Below, in pieces: positions 9,973 through 20,823 of a stretch of DNA of 64,000 bases. Where the stretch lies: positions 1,410,672 to 1,474,671 of the forward strand of contig NW_003314268.1 in assembly GCF_000143415.4 (NCBI RefSeq), written 5' to 3'. Under the pieces are notes generated by a model, which was not told the origin of the DNA, did not search any database, and saw nothing but the letters and a program-made list of their open reading frames with translations. The DNA is from Selaginella moellendorffii (taxonomy: Eukaryota > Plantae > Lycopodiophyta). The translations under genes were made by a program, and so were the position numbers. The first letter of the stretch is position 1. Each line of letters begins with the position of its first letter.

Positions 9973-12780
9973 ATGGCGACGCGCCAGCTTGCGCCAGGTT
10001 CGTGCTCGATTTGTCGCGGATTTTGATTGATTCTCGTGTTTTCAGGGAGAATGCCGTGGCGCGGGTTGTTTGTTTCGAGCATATCGACGCAATGCGGGTC
10101 TTCCAGTGATTTGTTCGGTGTCTCGGCATTGCTGCGGCTAGGAGGAGCAAAGGCGGCGCTGGATTATCTCGATTCCAGGCAAGGTCGAGATGGTTTCTTG
10201 GATTCTTCCACGCTCGCGAGGTTGCTGCTGGATTGTGGAAGATCCAGCGCTCTCGCGGAGGGCCGGCGCGTCCACGAGTACGTTGTGAGATCCAGGTTTG
10301 TCCGCGACGCGTTCCTTGGCAATCACCTCGTCCATATGTATCTCAAGTGCCAGAGCTTCGACGAGGCCGAGAGGGTTTTCCAGAGCGCTGCTTGTGAGAG
10401 CTTTGATGTTGCAACGTGGACAGCAGTGATCGTCGCTAGAGCGGGGCTCGGGAAATGGAAGTTGGTGTTTGGTCAGCTGGATGAGATGGATCGGAGAGGG
10501 ATTCCACCGGACAGGGTCATGATCAAGACGTTGTTCACTGCTTGTACCAAGCTCGGTGCTCTGGAAGAAGGGAAACTTATCCAGGATCGTCTAGCAGGAA
10601 CCCAGCTCGAGCTCGATATTGGTGTGCTCAACCTCACGATCAACATGTACGTGAAGTGTGGTTGCCTAGATGGAGCAGTGCAAACTTTCGCGAGGATGAA
10701 GCGACGGGATGTGGTCTCCTGGACTGTGATGATCGGAGCTTACTCACAGGATGGGAAGTTCAGCCTCTCGCTCCAGCTCTTCCGGGAAATGCTGCTCGAA
10801 GGGACTGCTCCAAACAGTGTCACCTTTGTCAGTATCTTGAGCGGCTGCGAAGCACCATCTTTACTCGAGCAAGGGAGGCAGATTCACGCTCTAGTGGTGG
10901 AGAGCAGTCTCGAGTCACACGTCGTTGTAGCGAATTCTCTGCTGGGGATGTATAGCAGATGCCGCAGCTGGGAGGATTCGAGAAGTTTGTTCGACAGAAT
11001 GAGCGTCCGAGACTCGGTTTCATGGTCGACGATCATCATGGCCTGCTCTCGGGAGGATTCCCACTGCAGGGATGCTCTCCCGCTTTACCGCTCCATGCTC
11101 CACGAAGGTGTGATGCCGAAGACGTTAGCTTTGTCGATGGTGCTCGAAGCTTGCGGGAGCTTGGCGGAACTTAAGGGTGGCAAGCTCGTCCATGCACACG
11201 TTATAGAGAGCGGCTTAGAGGGCGACCTTGTGGGGATATCACTCGTCAACATGTACGCGAAGTGCGGTACCGTGGGGGAAGCTCGCAAAGTTTTTGATAG
11301 GATCAACAACCGGAGCCGGATTCTCTGGAACTCGATGATCACAGCATACCAAGAAAAGGATCCTCACGAAGCTCTCCATCTCTTCCGAGAAATGCAGCCG
11401 GAAGGCGTCAGTCCGGACAGGATCACCTTCATGACGGTGCTCAACGCGTGCGTCAACGCAGCGGATTTGGAGAACGGGAGGACGATCCACACCAGGATAG
11501 TCGACAGTGGATTCGCAGCGGACGTTCGCGTTGCGACGGCTCTCTTCAACATGTATGCAAAGTGTGGAAGCTTGGGAGAAGCTCGAGGGGTTTTCGACAG
11601 CATGGTATTTCGGGACGTTGTGTCGTGGAACAACATGATTGCTGCCTACGTCCAGGGCCGCGATGGAGAGGGCGCGATCTCACTCTGCTGGGCAATGCAG
11701 CTCGAAGGTATGCGACCAGACAAAGCAACTTTTACTAGCCTGCTCAACGCTTGTTCGGATCCTAATCGTCTCGTCGATGGCCGACAGATTCATTCGTGGA
11801 TCGCGGAGAGCCGGCTGGAGAATGATATAGTCATGGTGACGGGACTCATCACCATGTACGCCAACTGTGGGAGCCTGAACAACGCGAGAGAAATCTTTGA
11901 CAACATCTTCTCCAACAGTCGGCAGCACCACCGGGACTTATTCCTCTGGACGTCGATGATTACTGCCTACGAGCAGCACGGCGAGTACAGGAAAGCTCTC
12001 GAGCTCTACGAGCAGATGCACTCTAGACAGGTCGAAGCGGACAGGGTGACTTTCATCTCGGTTCTCAACGCCTGTGCGCATCTCTCCGACTTACGCCAAG
12101 GCCAGGCCATCCACGCTCGTGTCATGCGAAGAGGGCTCGCGACAGACGTAGCAGTGGCGAATTCCATCGTATTCATGTATGGGAAGTGTGGGAGCTTCGA
12201 CGAGGCCAGCATAGTCTTCGAGAAGACGAAGCACAAGGACATCTCCTTGTGGACTGCCTTGATAGCGTCCTACGCTCGTCACGGTCACGGTGAACAGGCT
12301 CTCTGGATCTTTCGAAGGTTGAGGCAGGATGGCATCGAGCTCAGCAACTTAACGTTCGTCGCCATGCTTTCCGCGTGTAGTCACGTCGGTCTCATCGAGG
12401 AAGGCTGCGAGTTCTTCGCCTCCATGGCCGAGCTCGGGATTGAGCCGAATATGGAGCACCACAGCTGCTTGGTGGACTTGCTCGCAAGGGCCGGGCATCT
12501 ACACACCGCGGAGGAGTTCCTCTCGAGAATGCCGGTGGCAGCCAACACCATAGTTCTCACAGCCTTGCTCGCTGCTTGCCGAGTTCACGGTGACGTCGAG
12601 AGAGCTCGTCGTGTTGCGGAAAAGCTCGAGGCCTTGGACCCGGAGAGTGAAGCACCATACGTGACTCTCTCGAACATTGAGATGGTACTTAGATTTTTTT
12701 TTCTTGGCTTGTCCTTACCTTCTTTGTTCCTTCCTCTTTTTTTTTGCAGGGTGATCATTCCATCTGCTACCTTTGAGTGA
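9973..12780 (+). CDS. PLS-class PPR protein ending in a partial E domain (no DYW); likely organellar RNA-editing specificity factor
   Basis: Repeated MYxKCG/VVSW/PDxxTF motifs and terminal HHSCLVDLLARAG...YVTLSNI. Probable short first exon 9973-9997 (MATRQLAP) with intron 9998-10045 in frame; alternative start ATG 10051; possible terminal intron ~12685-12749. Confidence 0.9.
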
Positions 12781-13034
12781 CTTACACCTGACAATGAGCG
12801 TTGGATAAGATGCCTTTTCTATCTTAAGAGGACTAAATCTGTGTCCTTGCGTTAAGGGTAAGTAGCTGTTTAAATAGATTCTAAGCCTTGTAGTTCCGTC
12901 GTGATTCTTCTTCTCTTTCGTCAACATAGTTCCTTGTCGGTATCGATTATTCAGCCTGACCCTCAACATTTTTTTCTCATGTTGTGAAGTATCTTGGCAA
13001 CTAAAAGTCTCGAGAGAAAGAGGGGCAGCGCGCC

Positions 13035-14504
13035 ATGGAGGTCGATGGCGGAGCTTCCAAAGAGCGGCGATGGCTTCCAAATTCCTACGTTATGAAGCTC
13101 ACGCTGGCGGCCGGATTGGGTGGGCTTCTTTTCGGCTATGACACTGGTAAGCGAGCTTCCTGATCTCTTTTCTCCTTCTTCTCTAATGGAATTGAGCCGC
13201 AGGGGTCATTTCTGGAGCGCTTCTTTACATCCGTGATGACTTCCCGGAGGTGGACCGAAGCACGGTCCTTCAGGTGATGCAAAGAACGAACATTGAATTG
13301 GTTTCTCACTCGATGGACACCAGGAAACGATTGTTAGCATGGCCATTGCTGGAGCGATCCTGGGAGCTGCCATTGGTGGAAAGATGAGCGATCGTTTTGG
13401 AAGGCGGCCCGTGCTGATTGTGGCGGATGCTTTGTTCGTAGTTGGGGCGGTGCTCATGGCAGCAGCAACAAGTGCCACGTTATTGATCGTGGGTCGAGTC
13501 TTCGTTGGACTTGGAGTTGGAGTTGCGTCTATGACAGCTCCTCTCTATATCGCCGAGGCTTCTCCCGCGAGTAAGCGCGGGGGACTCGTGAGCTTGAACG
13601 TTCTCATGATCACCGGAGGACAGTTCATATCTTACGTTATAAATTTTGCTTTCAGCAAGGTACTTCCTTCTCTCTCCTATATTCGATGTACTGAGCTGAT
13701 GCTATTTTGGATACAGCTGCCTGGAACTTGGCGATGGATGTTGGGAGTAGCGTGCGTGCCTGCCCTTCTCCAGGCATTTCTCATGTTCTTTCTTCCGGAG
13801 TCTCCTCGGTGGCTCTTCAGACAGGTAAAAAACTCTTGAAAATGTTTTTTAACTCACGCGAATGACCAGGGACGAGTCGACGAGGCTGTTGTCGTGCTGA
13901 CCAAAATCTACCCCGGGGATCAACTGAAAAAAGAAATGGGCGAGCTTCAGGCTTCCGTGGATGCCGAGAAAGAAAACAAGGCTTCGATAAAAGAACTTAT
14001 TAAATCCAGAGAAATCAGGCTTGCTCTACGAGCTGGCGTTGGTCTCCAGGTACTCTAGAAACTTTTTCCTGAAACTTTGGTGATATATCTTTTCCCACAG
14101 ATTTTCCAGCAGTTCGTGGGGATCAACACGGTCATGTACTACAGCCCCTCCATCGTGGAGCAAGCCGGCTTCGCATCACACCAGACCGCGCTGCTACTCT
14201 CCATGATCGTTGCCGGCATGAACGCTCTGGGAACAATCGCAGGGATAGTCCTCATCGACAAGTTTGGGAGGCGTCGCTTGTCCATGAGCAGCCTCGTCGG
14301 CGTCATCCTCGCTCTGGGACTCCTCACGGCCGCGTTCCAGATTACAGCCAGCGACGCTCCAGCGGTGGACATCACCTCCTCGTTCGCCTCTCCATACACT
14401 TGCCCGGACTTCTCCAGGAACTCCGCTCGCTGGGACTGCATGTCGTGCTTAAAGCACGACTGTGGTTTCTGTGGAGCCGAATCCAATCAGGCAAGCATAA
14501 GCAT

Positions 14505-14540
<36 letters not shown>

Positions 14541-15059
14541 GAGTCTCTCAGCTTCTAAGACTTGTTCTTCTCCTCGTAGATGTTTGCCGGGAGCTGTTTC
14601 ATCTCGAACAGAACCGTGGGTGACTTTTGTGGCGACAACCATCGACCGTGGTTCACAAAAGGCTGTCCAAGTCACTACGGGTGGCTGGCTCTCATCGGCC
14701 TGGGAGCTTACATCGCAGCGTTCTCTCCAGGTATGGGGCCAGTGCCTTGGGCCGTCAACTCGGAGATCTATCCTCTCAAGTACCGGGGGGTCTGTGGGGG
14801 GATCGCAGCCACCGCAAACTGGGTGTCCAACCTCATCGTCGCGCAGAGCTTCCTCTCGCTCACCAAGGCCATTGGAACGTCGTGGACGTTTCTACTGTTT
14901 GGAGGGATCTCGGTGGCGGCGCTGCTCTTCGTCTTCTTTTGGGTTCCTGAGACCAAGGGCCTGTCGTTTGAGGAGATCGAGAGGCTGTGGCAGGGGGAGA
15001 ATCGGCAGCAGCAGCCGCGGGGCATCGAATCCAAAGAAGCCGCCGTTGAGAATGCGTGA
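13035..15059 (+). CDS. INT: Inositol transporter (MFS sugar porter, INT2/INT4-like with Cys-rich PSI loop), multi-exon
   Basis: [56 protein letters not shown] loop, [18 protein letters not shown]. Confidence 0.93.
14508..14539. repeat. (CT)n microsatellite inside an INT intron
   Basis: Directly visible dinucleotide run. Confidence 0.95.
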
Positions 15060-17015
15060 GACAGAGAGATCAAAATGGTTTGTGACAAGTTCCAACTCTT
15101 TCATGCTGTGATTGATCAAGAAAGTGTATATGTTTTTCTAGTGTATGAGAGATGTGTGACCCATGGGGTGTTTGTTGGTCATCAAATTCTTGCTGCACCA
15201 ACTTTCCAAAGTTGGTGAATGTGTGTGAATTGAATGCTTAGGATGCTTTCATATATATCTCTTTATGCTCTATTTCTAGAGCTTGGACCACAGAGCAAAC
15301 ACCAACTATGACCAACACCCCCATCAAGTCAGCAATCATGTGAATTTTGTGTTTCTCGCTTTTTATTTTTTTTATTTTTATTTTTATTTTTTTTCTCTTT
15401 TTTTTGCTTTTCAGTGATGCAAGCCCTGCACCAACACACAAGGATCAGTGCTGCCAGGACAAAATTTCAAGGAAATCAGGGAGAGTTTGATGAACAAGCA
15501 ATGCCAACCAGTCACCAGGAACCAAGTGTTGCCAGGTTTTGTCCATATGATGTAAGTTGGAACAAGAAAAAACAGCAAGAGGGCAAGAAAGGTGGCAGGC
15601 AGTTTGTGATAAAAGAGAATTTGATGGTCTCCATTTTGATGATGATATGTATATATATATATAATCTTCATTTTGTAAAACAAAATGGAAGAAAAGGATC
15701 ACTCCTGGGAAGAAATGTTATGATCCATCCAATCAATCCAGCAATCCAATGCCCTTTCAACCTGTGGCTATGGTGACAAACAACAATCTCACCAGAGAAT
15801 CCATAACGGATTCTTCTCTGCAGACTGCTCCCGTCCTTGCACTGTCTCGCTGCACAGCAATTAAATTCCAAAAACCATGACAGGGATTCTTCTTGGGGTA
15901 AAACAAACTCTTTGTCTGTCTTTTTTTTTTTTTTTTTTTTCCTGAGTTGTTCTTCCTTTTATCGATCATGTGGGTTTCTTGCTTGCGATGTTCTCCCATT
16001 TTTCGTAATTTTTTTCGACTCCAGAAGATGGAACTTTGGATGGAATTTCTTTGGTGGGTTTGCCAGAGATCCGCAAAAGGACGCCCCAGTTGCTCGTCAA
16101 CAGGCTTTCAGGCGGCAGTCAGGAGCAACGTGTCTGCGTGAAAGCTGAAAGCTACCAACACCAAGGCGTGCGGTGACTCACTCACTCACTCACTCTACAC
16201 TGTGAGAAGAAAAGAAAATCTCACTTCCTCGGCATTTGCGCATAGGAAACTCACCACTAGATTCCCATTCTTGCTTATCTTATGGCTGTAGATCGAAGAA
16301 AACAACTCCATGATCGATCGATCCATCGCCAAGCTAGCTAGGAAGGACGAAAGCTCCTAAGAAAATGGAAGCTTTGGTAGAGATGGCGGCACGGGTTATT
16401 GTGAGTACGAGCGAGCGAGCAAGAAAAAAGGAGAGGGATCAAAGAAACAAGCAGTGAAAAGCGAGAGATTCGCTGGCATGCCCTGTCCGTTATCGCGGAG
16501 CGGAGGTTTTTCTTCTCTTTCTTTTTTCTCCCTTTTTTTCTTCGTCTCAGTTCTCACTTAGCCGAACTATAGAACTATAGCCTTAGAAAAATCTCGCACA
16601 GCGATCAAAGAAGTGCGTCGAAAGGATCGATTAAAATGGTTTTCTTCTTCTTTGGTCTTGTTCTTCCTCGGCAACCTCACCGACCCTCTGAGAGGAGGAG
16701 CGATCCTAGCTAGGATCGCAGCATTTGGGCTCGCGGATCGAGCCAGGAAACGATCTGGGTCGTGGTCATTCCATCCCACCAGCGCCGAATCCCAGATGGG
16801 TCTCCTGGCACTGCTCCTGTGCTGCGAGAGGAAGCTCATCTTCTTCCACAGATCTTCATCGCGGGGCTCCAGGCGATTCCGGTGGGAGGAGGCCAATTCG
16901 TGGTGGATCTCGGGATGGATCGCGCCTCAGGTATGGTGGTAGCATTTGCTCGTGTGGAGGTGGAGTAGGATCATAGATTATACAGCATAGATGATAGATC
17001 TCCCACTTTAAATCC

Positions 17016-18977
17016 ATGGGCTCCAAGAAGGAAGGAAGCTTTGCGGGATGGCTCCAGAGAGTCCGCAAGACAGGCGAGCACAGCGATCTCACAGTCAAGA
17101 TCCAAGGCCAGGAATTCAAGCTCCATATCCTCCCGCTCGTCAACGAATCCACTTACTTCCAATCCATCAACTCCGCCACCTCCAATTCCAATCCGGATTC
17201 TTCCACCACCGCCACCACCTCCAGCTCCAGCTCTTCCGGCGGAGAAGCATCCACCGCCAAGCTCGATCATCAAGATAAAAGAAAACACCACCGCCACCAT
17301 CGCCACCACCACCACCACCAACAGATCAAAGAGGTGGCCATCGACGAGCTCCCTGGCGGTGCCGCCGCCTTCTCCATCGCCGCCGACTTCTGCTACATCA
17401 TCCGGCCCAGCTTCACCACCGCCAACGTTGCCGCCGTGCGCGCCGCCGCCGAGTTCCTGGGCATGGCCGATCTCATCGACAGCACCAAGAAGTTCCTCTA
17501 CTCCAACGTCTTCTTGAGCTGGAAGTCGTGCGTCACCTTTCTCCGCGAGTACCAACCGATCTATCCCTCCACCGACGAGTATATCGAATTGCGAGCTCTC
17601 AAGGTGGTGACCGCGGCATGCACGAAGGCGTTCCTCGACACCAAGCACGTCTCAGTGCCGATCTCCTCGCTCGCCATCGCCGCCAGCGCCAGCGCCTCCA
17701 CCACCTGGCACAGCTCCCCCAGCGCCAACCTCAAGGACGCTTTGATCGCGGTGGCGCAGCTCCCCGATCGCTACTCCATGCAGCTCCTCGATCAGCTCGT
17801 TGCCTCGGATACCAACTTGAACATCAAGTGCCGCCAGTCGAGGAGCGTCCGGGAGTGGATCGACTATCTCCTCCGGAGCGAGTGCAAGAGGATCAAGCCC
17901 CGGATCTGGATTGTGCTGTGCCTGGCCAGGATGCTGCTCAAGAACGCTCCCAGGAAGCGGCCATGGCTGGAGCTCTCGTCGCAGTACTGGTGTAGCTTGC
18001 TGGAGCACGCGGCGGGATTGATGGCGCAGACGGACGATCCGGCGGCGAGGGCGAGCTTGGCGGCGGTGAAGGCGTCGCTCCAGCGGCGGATTGGAGCGAG
18101 CTTGCACGAGCTCGATGATTACATCCAGGCGTACAGCTTCGAGCCGGAGACGCTGCTCGCGCTGGTGAGGCACTTCATGGCCGGGAGGAGGAGGAGGAGG
18201 AGAGGTAGAATTAGCTCGTCGAGCCATGCAGCGATGGAGGACGAGGAGATGGAGGACCTGGACGACAATCCGGAGGAGGAGGAAGAGGTTGATCGTGAAG
18301 AAGTTGATGTGGAGCAAGGGGAGGGCGAGATCGAGGCGGTGGCGAGCGAGGTTGACGGGTGCTTGTGGGGATACGCCGAGAGCGGCGTGATCTCGTGCGA
18401 GACTTTTGTGGCGCTGGAGCGGGCATTTCCTCCGGGATCGCGCGGGAACCACGACATGCTCTACTCGGCGGTGGAGAAGATGATCGCCAAGAACAGGCTC
18501 GGTGGCGACGAGATCCACAAGCTGTGGAGCTTCGTGGATTGCTCCAAGCTCAGCTCGGGTGTGTATGACAAGGCGATGAGGAACGCCTCGTATCTCTGCC
18601 AGCCCCATGTCCTCGAGTGTGTGCTGCGAAGGCACAGCGAGGAGCTCGATGGCGATCACGGTGGCCACCATGCTTCGTCCATCGACTTTCGGGATGTCAT
18701 GCACAAGGTGATCAAGGCGAGCCTGAAGCTGCTCGAGGAGAACTCGCGGAGGTCGAAAGAGATCAAGGAGCTGCAAAAGCAGTACGCGGGGCTCGTGAGC
18801 TCCGGGTTCAAGGTTTATCCGGCTGGGGAGGACGATGGTGGTGATGGTGGCCATGGCCGGGGCGAGGATGATAGTGTTGACGATAGTAACAGCACTGGGG
18901 ATGATGATAACTACGTTGTTATTCCTCCGGTTCCACCTCGCAGTGAGATCACAGAGATCAAAGCTGAGAGAACTTAG
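17016..18977 (+). CDS. Divergent BTB/POZ NPH3/RPT2-like (NRL) protein, single exon, 653 aa
   Basis: SDLTVKIQGQEFKLHILPL and LPGGAAAFSIAADFCY...NVAAVRAAAEFLGM (NRL-type BTB); R.NHDMLYSAVE...VDCSKLS resembles the NPH3 C-terminal HDGLYRAID...DCxKLS; C-terminal coiled coil. Confidence 0.8.
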   Translation: MGSKKEGSFAGWLQRVRKTGEHSDLTVKIQGQEFKLHILPLVNESTYFQSINSATSNSNPDSSTTATTSSSSSSGGEASTAKLDHQDKRKHHRHHRHHHHHQQIKEVAIDELPGGAAAFSIAADFCYIIRPSFTTANVAAVRAAAEFLGMADLIDSTKKFLYSNVFLSWKSCVTFLREYQPIYPSTDEYIELRALKVVTAACTKAFLDTKHVSVPISSLAIAASASASTTWHSSPSANLKDALIAVAQLPDRYSMQLLDQLVASDTNLNIKCRQSRSVREWIDYLLRSECKRIKPRIWIVLCLARMLLKNAPRKRPWLELSSQYWCSLLEHAAGLMAQTDDPAARASLAAVKASLQRRIGASLHELDDYIQAYSFEPETLLALVRHFMAGRRRRRRGRISSSSHAAMEDEEMEDLDDNPEEEEEVDREEVDVEQGEGEIEAVASEVDGCLWGYAESGVISCETFVALERAFPPGSRGNHDMLYSAVEKMIAKNRLGGDEIHKLWSFVDCSKLSSGVYDKAMRNASYLCQPHVLECVLRRHSEELDGDHGGHHASSIDFRDVMHKVIKASLKLLEENSRRSKEIKELQKQYAGLVSSGFKVYPAGEDDGGDGGHGRGEDDSVDDSNSTGDDDNYVVIPPVPPRSEITEIKAERT

Positions 18978-20823
18978 ATGGTTTGGGTGGCGGCATTTTT
19001 TGTGTAGATACTAGAAAGGTTAAAAGACAGATTCTTCAAAACTTTCTGTTCTCCAGATAGTGGATTCTGCCGCCGTTGCCCTGTATGGGCAAATGCAGAA
19101 GTGGAGGTCTGTGACACTCTTTAAGTACCACATTTTGGCGAGGTGATAGTGCTTAAATATATGTGTTTTTCACTGTTTTTACTTTGCTAGATACCGCATT
19201 TTCATGGTTTTGGCATTTTGTTTCTTGGAATTCTACCTTTTTATGTTTAAGAGGGGATTGCATAGAGCTCCTCTTGTCTTTGCTCGTATGTATGCTTGTA
19301 TAAAAGCTTTTGAATTTGCACATGCCCACCACAGATCATAGGAGAAACTAGGGTCACTGCGAAATCATGTTGAAGAGAGAGTTTCTACTTATAAGTGGGG
19401 ATTATCAATGTAAGGCAGTGTGTCATGTAACCCAGCAGCAAAGCACATGGCTACAATGCCCTGGGATTCTTAATTCCTCTCGGAGTCACTTTCACAACAG
19501 CACACAATGCTACTACTTGAGGAGGAGAAAAGGGAAAAAAGAAGAAAAACCCATGCACTCACAAACAACAAGAAGGAATGAATTTCTAGACAGCTCTTCC
19601 CGTAAACTCTATGGTTTCCTTCTCTTTTTCTGAAGGGGAAGGAGGCTTGGCTGCTTCTCCCAATCCAGTTGTCAATTATTGTTTCCTGTTTGTCCATCCT
19701 TTCACTTTCATTTGCTATGCTGCTATCTGCAGCTGGGTGAAGAGCACTTGGCATGCACGCAGCAGAGCAATGCTACAATGCAGTCATGCAGCAACATCAC
19801 TGCAACAGTTGAACATCAACACACAAGAAACGAATACCCACCACCAACCCTCTCCAACTTGAGGCTCCAACACACCCTCACAGAAAAAAAAGGAAAAAAA
19901 AAAGAGACATAATGTTCAGAAGGAAGAGAGGCCCCTTTTCTTGAAGACAAAGACCCAAGAATTCATAGTTTTCTCACCTTGAAACCTGTGAATTCCTGCC
20001 TCATACCATGAAGCATAAGAAATGTTGCTGCAAACCGCATTAAATGGGAAGGTGAGACAAACCAAACTACCAGATGATGGAGAAAGTGAAATCTCCACAC
20101 CATCTTCTGATCCCTCTCAGCCAGCCAAAGGGCCAAGCAAGGCAAGCCAGCTACAATCCAAGACAGACAACAGGACTGGCATGTACATCTTGCAGCGGCC
20201 CAATTAACAAATACAAGAGAGGAAATTGTGGCCTCTTTGCTGGACTTGGTCCCCATGCAGACGCTCTAAACAACTTTCATGGCCCTGAAATCACTCATCT
20301 AGTCTCTAAAATCACACTTATCTTAGAAAAGATGGTGGTTTTTATATGAACAAGTTGATTATACAAGGGTGGCAGGGAGAAAGGAAGTTATATAGTATAG
20401 ATATATGTATATATGTATAAAAGTATATGGCATAACAAGCCAATCCAGCTTTTTATTGGCAAAGCTCACTCAAACACAGCAGCTGCTGGAGGAAGAAAAA
20501 AAAATTTAAAAGCACACAAAAACAAGACCACACTGAGATGGAAATAAGAAAGACTCCAAATGCACAGAGACCCTTGCGGGATTCTTCAAAAGCTTGCACA
20601 CCAACATCAAGAAGAAAGAGAGAAAGAGATCAGAAAGTCCACGGGGGAGTTCGTGACAAAAGTTCACGAAGATCAAACGAAGATCAAACCAAAGAACTCT
20701 CACAAAAGAACTCTCAGAAGCAAAGAATATAAAAACCAAAGAACGAAAATGGAGGGGGGAGAAAAAAAAAACAGTGGGATCAAAGTTTTTTTTCTTCTTT
20801 TTTTCTTCCTTTTTTTTTCCTCT

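Larger units (their letters stand above)
1..11044 (+). repeat. Tandem segmental duplication with unit ~5.1-5.4 kb (PPR portion present 3 times, the rest 2 times within the window)
   Basis: PPR offsets 5420 and 5112; MOCS3/CYSTM offset 5129; identical PPR/LTR junctions. Confidence 0.95.

Noticed and set aside
17652-18854. 400-aa antisense ORF, and similar ones such as 37060-37839, 29964-30599 and 21951-22643
   Set aside because: Shadow ORFs opposite GC3-rich real genes; no recognisable motifs.
19300-20800. Possible miRNA precursor or small gene between the BTB gene and the Aux/IAA
   Set aside because: No match to conserved miRNAs I know and no convincing hairpin by eye; likely 3' UTR or intergenic.
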